Part shown: positions 58,241 to 64,000 of the stretch, piece after piece
Numbering within the stretch: the first letter of the stretch is position 1
Layout of the letters: each line of letters opens with the position of its first letter
Source: Oscillospiraceae bacterium
GTDB taxonomy: Bacteria; Bacillota; Clostridia; UMGS1840
Direction of reading: 5' to 3'
Length of the DNA: 64,000 nucleotides
NCBI GenBank assembly: GCA_015068645.1
Contig: SVKD01000002.1
Span: 55,733-119,732 of the forward strand
Notes under the pieces: model-generated
Seen by the model: only the letters and a program-made list of their open reading frames with translations
The model's database searches: none
What the model was told of the DNA's origin: nothing
Translations under genes and position numbers: made by a program

Positions 58241-58394
58241 CAATGAATATTGAACAATGAATAGTGAATAATTATGGTGGCAGGCAAAGCCTGCATCATA
58301 AGGCTCTCCCCTCAGGGAGAGCTGTCAGCAAAGCTGACTGAGAGGGCTAAATGGTTGGCAACGCCAACCCACCTCAATTATTCATTCTTCATTA
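58241..58394. repeat. Family A element enclosing a family B element (58302-58346), abutting serS stop
   Basis: Heptamer arms, GGTGGCAGGCAAAGCCTGCAT core, CTCTCCCCTCAGGGAGAG insert. Confidence 0.8.
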
Positions 58395-59726
<1,332 letters not shown>

Positions 59727-59741
59727 TTAGCGACACATTCT

Positions 59742-59771
59742 ATTATAACATAATGGAATTTGAGCCGTCAA
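59742..59771 (-). promoter_or_regulatory. serS promoter
   Basis: TTGACG-18 bp-TATAAT with extended TG. Confidence 0.6.
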
Positions 59772-59894
59772 GCTCGATAATTTGTACAATTTTTATCAAG
59801 CGCTTTGAAATGCATCTTTTGTTTATTTGATTCTGCTTTAAAAGGTATCAAAAAGCTTTTTTGTTTTTTTAAAACTTTGTTGCGCAGAGCTATA

Positions 59895-60740
59895 CTAAAA
59901 TAAATCGATGATACGTTTTAAATCATCCTGAGTGTAGTACTCAATTTCAATCTTGCTTTTGATTTTACCGCTCTTAATCTGCACTTTGGTGCCGAATTTC
60001 TGGGTTAATTGAGTTTCCACCTCAATCAGATTGGGGTCTTTTTTCAAGGTTTTTTTGATTAAATTGGTACGTTTTTTCTCGGAAAGTTTTTTTGCCAATT
60101 CTTCTGCATCTCTTACGGAAATCTCGTTTTTCACAATTTCATAAAGGAGCAGTTTCTTCCCTTCGTCCGATTCTAAGGAAGACAGGGCTTTTGCGTGTCC
60201 TAAAGACACTTTTCCTGCTTTGATTTCTTTTAACACGAAATCAGGCAGATTTAAAATTCTTAAAATATTCGCCACGGTGGAACGGCTTTTGGATACTCGT
60301 TTGGCAATATCTTCCTGAGTTAAGCCAAACTGTTCCTTTAAAGTCTGATACCCCATAGCTTCTTCCAAGGGATTTAAGTCTTCTCGCTGCAGGTTTTCAA
60401 TTAAGGCAATTTCCATTACCTCACGGGTTTCATAATCCTTCACAATGGCGGGAATTTTTTTCTTCCCTGCCAGCTTGGAAGCACGCCAGCGGCGTTCCCC
60501 TGCAATGATTTCATATAATCCGTTCTCTTTTTTTCTTACCAGAATGGGTGATAACACTCCAACCTCTGCAATGGAATCTGCCAACGCACTCAATGCTTCT
60601 TCCGAAAAATCTTTTCTCGGCTGAGTGGGGTTTGGCTCAATATCCATAATGGAAAGTTCATGGACTTTTCCGGAGCCGGTATCAATTTTTTCTTCCAAAA
60701 GTGAAGAAAGTCCGCGGCCAAGTCCGCCTTTTTTTGTCAT
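59895..60740 (-). CDS. parB: Chromosome partitioning protein ParB/Spo0J
   Basis: GLGRGL ParA-stimulating motif, PNPTQPRK, IIAGERRWRA, ENLQREDLNPLEEA, HTH. Confidence 0.95.
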   Translation of the reverse strand: MTKKGGLGRGLSSLLEEKIDTGSGKVHELSIMDIEPNPTQPRKDFSEEALSALADSIAEVGVLSPILVRKKENGLYEIIAGERRWRASKLAGKKKIPAIVKDYETREVMEIALIENLQREDLNPLEEAMGYQTLKEQFGLTQEDIAKRVSKSRSTVANILRILNLPDFVLKEIKAGKVSLGHAKALSSLESDEGKKLLLYEIVKNEISVRDAEELAKKLSEKKRTNLIKKTLKKDPNLIEVETQLTQKFGTKVQIKSGKIKSKIEIEYYTQDDLKRIIDLF

Positions 60741-60842
60741 ATCTATGTTCCTCTTTTCTTACCTTTTTGCTGTGGTTTTTCTTTCAAATGGATTCTGAAA
60801 AAGGATGAAAAACCCAGTGTTTGCAATGGTTTTTACGGTTTT

Positions 60843-61607
60843 CTAGTCATTATGATTGATGATATCCTCCGATATCTGTAAGTAAGCTTCGGTGCAACGG
60901 GAACGCTTATCATAATATAAAATCGGTTCTCCGTAGCTGGGTGCTTCTCCCAAACGAACACTTCTGGGAACGGGTGATTTAAACACCTTGTCTCCGAAGT
61001 ATTTTTTAATTTCACTTGCCACCTGAAGGGTTAAATTGGTTCTGCCGTCATACATGGTCAGCACTACCCCTTCAATTTCTAAATCTTCATTGTAACGGGA
61101 TTTGATTTTTCTTAAGGTATTCATCAGCTGACTGAGCCCTTCCAGCGCAAAATATTCGCACTGCAACGGAATCACAATGGAATCGGAGCCTGATAAGATG
61201 TTGATGGTGATAAGCCCTAAAGATGGTGGACAATCCACAATCACATAATCGTATTCATCCCGTACCGGTTCCAAAGACTTGGTAAACTGAAATTCACGGT
61301 CGCTGAAGCTGACTAATTCCACTTCGGCACCTGCTAATTCAATGTTACAGGGGCAAACCCATAAATTCTCAAAATTCGTTGCAATTACTGAGTTTTTAAT
61401 GGGTTCATTTCCAATCAGAACGTCATAAAATGAGGTTTCAACGCTCTCTTTGTCCACCCCAACGCCACTGGTTGCATTTCCCTGAGGGTCTGCATCAATG
61501 AGCAGAACCTTTTTGCCGAAATGCCCTAAGCAGGCAGCAATATTGATGGCAGAAGTGGTTTTTCCCACGCCGCCTTTCTGGTTGGCAACTGCAATAATTT
61601 TTCCCAT
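60843..61607 (-). CDS. parA: ParA/Soj ATPase
   Basis: NQKGGVGKTT, IDADPQGNAT, DCPPSLG, QCEYFALEGL. Confidence 0.96.
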   Translation of the reverse strand: MGKIIAVANQKGGVGKTTSAINIAACLGHFGKKVLLIDADPQGNATSGVGVDKESVETSFYDVLIGNEPIKNSVIATNFENLWVCPCNIELAGAEVELVSFSDREFQFTKSLEPVRDEYDYVIVDCPPSLGLITINILSGSDSIVIPLQCEYFALEGLSQLMNTLRKIKSRYNEDLEIEGVVLTMYDGRTNLTLQVASEIKKYFGDKVFKSPVPRSVRLGEAPSYGEPILYYDKRSRCTEAYLQISEDIINHND

Positions 61608-61654
61608 TTTTTTGACCTTTCTTTCTGCTACGCTATTTAAAAGTGAATGCGAAA

Positions 61655-61670
61655 TGTTCCCCGTGGAACA
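61655..61670. promoter_or_regulatory. parS site 1
   Basis: TGTTCCCCGTGGAACA, close to the parS consensus TGTTNCACGTGAAACA. Confidence 0.8.
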
Positions 61671-61710
61671 TGCTGTTTGTTACATTAGTTCATGTAATTT
61701 CTGCCAAAAT

Positions 61711-61726
61711 TGTTCCTCGTGGAACA
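61711..61726. promoter_or_regulatory. parS site 2
   Basis: TGTTCCTCGTGGAACA. Confidence 0.8.
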
Positions 61727-61854
61727 AAAGGCAGTTGTTTTCCATCTAAAAAATAGGTGTGGTACCGATAATTGTACCATAAAACAGCAAAAAAGTCCAT
61801 AGTTTTTCATAAAAAAATATTTTTTTTGTGTACTTTGCCTTTTGAACCGAAAAT

Positions 61855-61870
61855 TGTTCCCCGTGGAACA
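61855..61870. promoter_or_regulatory. parS site 3
   Basis: TGTTCCCCGTGGAACA. Confidence 0.8.
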
Positions 61871-61943
61871 TTCAAAGATATGTTTTATCATATCCCGAAG
61901 TTAGCATAAAGGCCTAAAACAGCAGACAGGAGGGATTTTTACC

Positions 61944-62177
61944 ATGAAACTTAGAGATGGATTAAAAACCGTAGAAAAACGGTGTATTTCGCTGCTTGGG
62001 TGGTTTCTTCGTGCAGCGATTGTTCTCACATTAGTTGGAATTGTGATTGCAAAGGCAGACCAAAACATATCGGATGCCCGATATTTGTTGATTTTGGCAG
62101 TAACGCTGGTGTGTCAGGGAGTTTGGGGAGCAGTTTTGTTTGATTGCATCTTCCGCAGACTGGGGAAAAAGGAATAA
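61944..62177 (+). CDS. Small two-TM hypothetical membrane protein
   Basis: GGAGGG RBS, two hydrophobic segments, downstream terminator. Confidence 0.6.
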   Translation: MKLRDGLKTVEKRCISLLGWFLRAAIVLTLVGIVIAKADQNISDARYLLILAVTLVCQGVWGAVLFDCIFRRLGKKE

Positions 62178-62237
62178 GAATGTTGTTTGAGCAGGAATTG
62201 TCACATTTTTTCCAACAGAATTATTTACCACCAAATT

Positions 62238-62274
62238 AAAAAGCACGAAATCCCTTGAAATTTCGTGCTTTTTT
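62238..62274. terminator. Bidirectional terminator
   Basis: AAAAAGCACGAAAT...ATTTCGTGCTTTTTT. Confidence 0.8.
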
Positions 62275-62281
62275 CATATAA

Positions 62282-63640
62282 TTAGTCAGAAACTTTGGCA
62301 TATAGAAAGACGCCGTCAGTGCGGTAGGGGATTACTTGATAGATTTTATTTTCCAAAATCCCCTCCCCTTCTAAAATCACCGGTAAATGATTTTCGCTGA
62401 GTCCGTAAACCCCTGATTTTTCGCCATTTTTTCCTGTTTTTTCTTCTTCTGCCAGTACGTTTAGTGTTTTTCCTAAGAATGTATTTAACACATTCTGTTC
62501 CAGCTCTTCGGATATTGCTAATAACGCTTTACTGCGCTTTTCTTTGATAGTTTGGGGAATCTGCTCAGGCATACCGTCTGCCACCGTTCCCGAACGTCTG
62601 GAATAGGGAAAGGTGTGGACCTTTAAAAAGCCCACTTTCTTTACGAAATCAAGAGTTTGTTGGAATTCTTCCTCTGTTTCTCCCGGAAATCCTACGATAA
62701 CATCAGTGGTAATGGTAGTTTCGGGCTTGATTTCTCTGAGTTTTTCCACGGTTTTTAAGTAATATTGGGCGGTATAATGCCGATTCATTCGTTTTAGAAC
62801 GGTGTCTGAACCACTTTGCAGAGAAATGTGGAAAGATGGGCATAGTTTTTTAGATTTTGCATAGTGGTGAAAAAACTTTTCGTGGAACGCAAAGGGTTCG
62901 ATAGAGCTTAAACGGATTCGACAAATTCCATCAATTTTTTCTAATTTTTTCAATAAATCGGTTAAATCGCAGATGTCAGAATCGGGTGGAAAATCAATTC
63001 CGTATTTACAAACATGAATTCCTGCCAGCACAATTTCCTGGTATCCGTTTTTGGCTAAAAGTCTCGCTTCTTCCAGTATTTCCAAGGGATTTCGGCTTCT
63101 TAGCCGCCCTCTCACATAGGGAATAATGCAGTAAGAACAGAAGGAATTACAGCCATCCTGGATCTTTAAAATGGCTCTGGTTTTATCCCGATATTCGGTA
63201 ATGGGGATGCTGTCAAATGAGGTTTCTGCAGTGAGTTCGGCAAGGGTTGTTTTGTTGTTTTTGGAAGATTTTTCCATTTCCTTTGCCTGCAAACACTCCT
63301 CAATGAGAGCAAACAGCTTGTGTTTGTTGCCGTTTCCAATCACTAAATCCACGCCCTCAATTTGGGAAGCTTCCTCCGGTTTTGCTTGTGCGTAACATCC
63401 GCACACAGCAACCAGCTCACTGTTTTTCACACACTGACGAATCAGCTTACGGGATTTTCTATCGCTGATATTGGTGACTGAACAGGTATTCACCACCGAA
63501 ACAGACACAGCTTCTCCCGATTTAGCAGTCTGATACCCTGCCCGAAGAAATTGCTGTGCCATCGCTTCTGATTCATATTGATTTACCTTGCAACCTAAGG
63601 TGATGATGCGAAAAGTTCTTATTTTTTTCATTTTAACCAA
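62282..63640 (-). CDS. mtaB: tRNA methylthiotransferase MtaB
   Basis: TLGCKVNQYESE, NTCSVT, KIQDGCNSFCSYCIIP radical SAM motif, HISLQSGS.TVLKRMNRHY. Confidence 0.9.
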   Translation of the reverse strand: MVKMKKIRTFRIITLGCKVNQYESEAMAQQFLRAGYQTAKSGEAVSVSVVNTCSVTNISDRKSRKLIRQCVKNSELVAVCGCYAQAKPEEASQIEGVDLVIGNGNKHKLFALIEECLQAKEMEKSSKNNKTTLAELTAETSFDSIPITEYRDKTRAILKIQDGCNSFCSYCIIPYVRGRLRSRNPLEILEEARLLAKNGYQEIVLAGIHVCKYGIDFPPDSDICDLTDLLKKLEKIDGICRIRLSSIEPFAFHEKFFHHYAKSKKLCPSFHISLQSGSDTVLKRMNRHYTAQYYLKTVEKLREIKPETTITTDVIVGFPGETEEEFQQTLDFVKKVGFLKVHTFPYSRRSGTVADGMPEQIPQTIKEKRSKALLAISEELEQNVLNTFLGKTLNVLAEEEKTGKNGEKSGVYGLSENHLPVILEGEGILENKIYQVIPYRTDGVFLYAKVSD

Positions 63641-63760
63641 ATTTGCCTCATTTTTTTGTGTTTTTTCTAAGGATACAAAAACCCTTGAAAATCAAGGGTT
63701 TTGGAGTATATTTTGCTGTTTTTTCGTGCGGCTGGAGCCGATAGAATTTTTTTCCACGAC

Positions 63761-64000
63761 CTAGAGCATGTCTTTCTTAATTAAAATCCACGCAGCCACA
63801 CAGATCGCAACTACGGAAATTGCCAGTGGGAACCACCAGAACTGATCCAGCGGAATTCCTCCCTGAATGTTCATTCCGTAGAAAGAGGTTACGATGTTGG
63901 GAATCGCCATTAAGATGGTGATGGACGCCAACACCTTCATTACGATATTTAAGTTGTTGGAGATAACCGAAGCAAAAGCGTCCATGGTACCCGACAAAAT
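63761..64000 (-). CDS. corA: CorA-family Mg2+ transporter, C-terminal part (cut by the window edge)
   Basis: SNNLN.VMKVL...FYGMN signature followed by a second TM helix. Confidence 0.8.
   Translation of the reverse strand: MLSGTMDAFASVISNNLNIVMKVLASITILMAIPNIVTSFYGMNIQGGIPLDQFWWFPLAISVVAICVAAWILIKKDML

Overview
Chromosomal replication-origin region of a spore-forming Clostridia (Bacillota) bacterium; a gut or rumen Oscillospirales/Monoglobales-like host is inferred. It carries core genes (thiI, tadA, purC, fucI, metA, murD, carAB, pyrH-tsf-rpsB, spoIIE, trmB, trpS, rnc, hisZGH, dnaN-oriC-dnaA, serS, parAB with three parS sites, mtaB) in a strongly shuffled order. No rRNA, tRNA, CRISPR array, transposase, integrase or reverse transcriptase was recognised. 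Most notable observations: (1) a carbamoyl-phosphate synthetase whose small subunit has lost two glutaminase catalytic residues (Cys to Gly, His to Asn) and whose large subunit is fused to a DapF-like domain lacking one of its two catalytic cysteines; (2) a same-strand run at 17.1-26.6 kb joining capsule tyrosine-kinase regulators, a PqqD/RRE + S24/S26 peptidase + ABC exporter trio, a non-cellulosomal type II-like cohesin/X-dockerin surface set and a small YxxP-leader peptide; (3) four families of nested non-coding repeats, one of which ends within 0-6 nt of the stop codon of 11 genes and shows compensatory base changes in its core hairpin; (4) 69-bp and 58-bp tandem repeats flanking dnaA; (5) a promoter-to-terminator structured leader in front of an 11-Cys small protein. 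Protein assignments come from motif recognition, not database searches.
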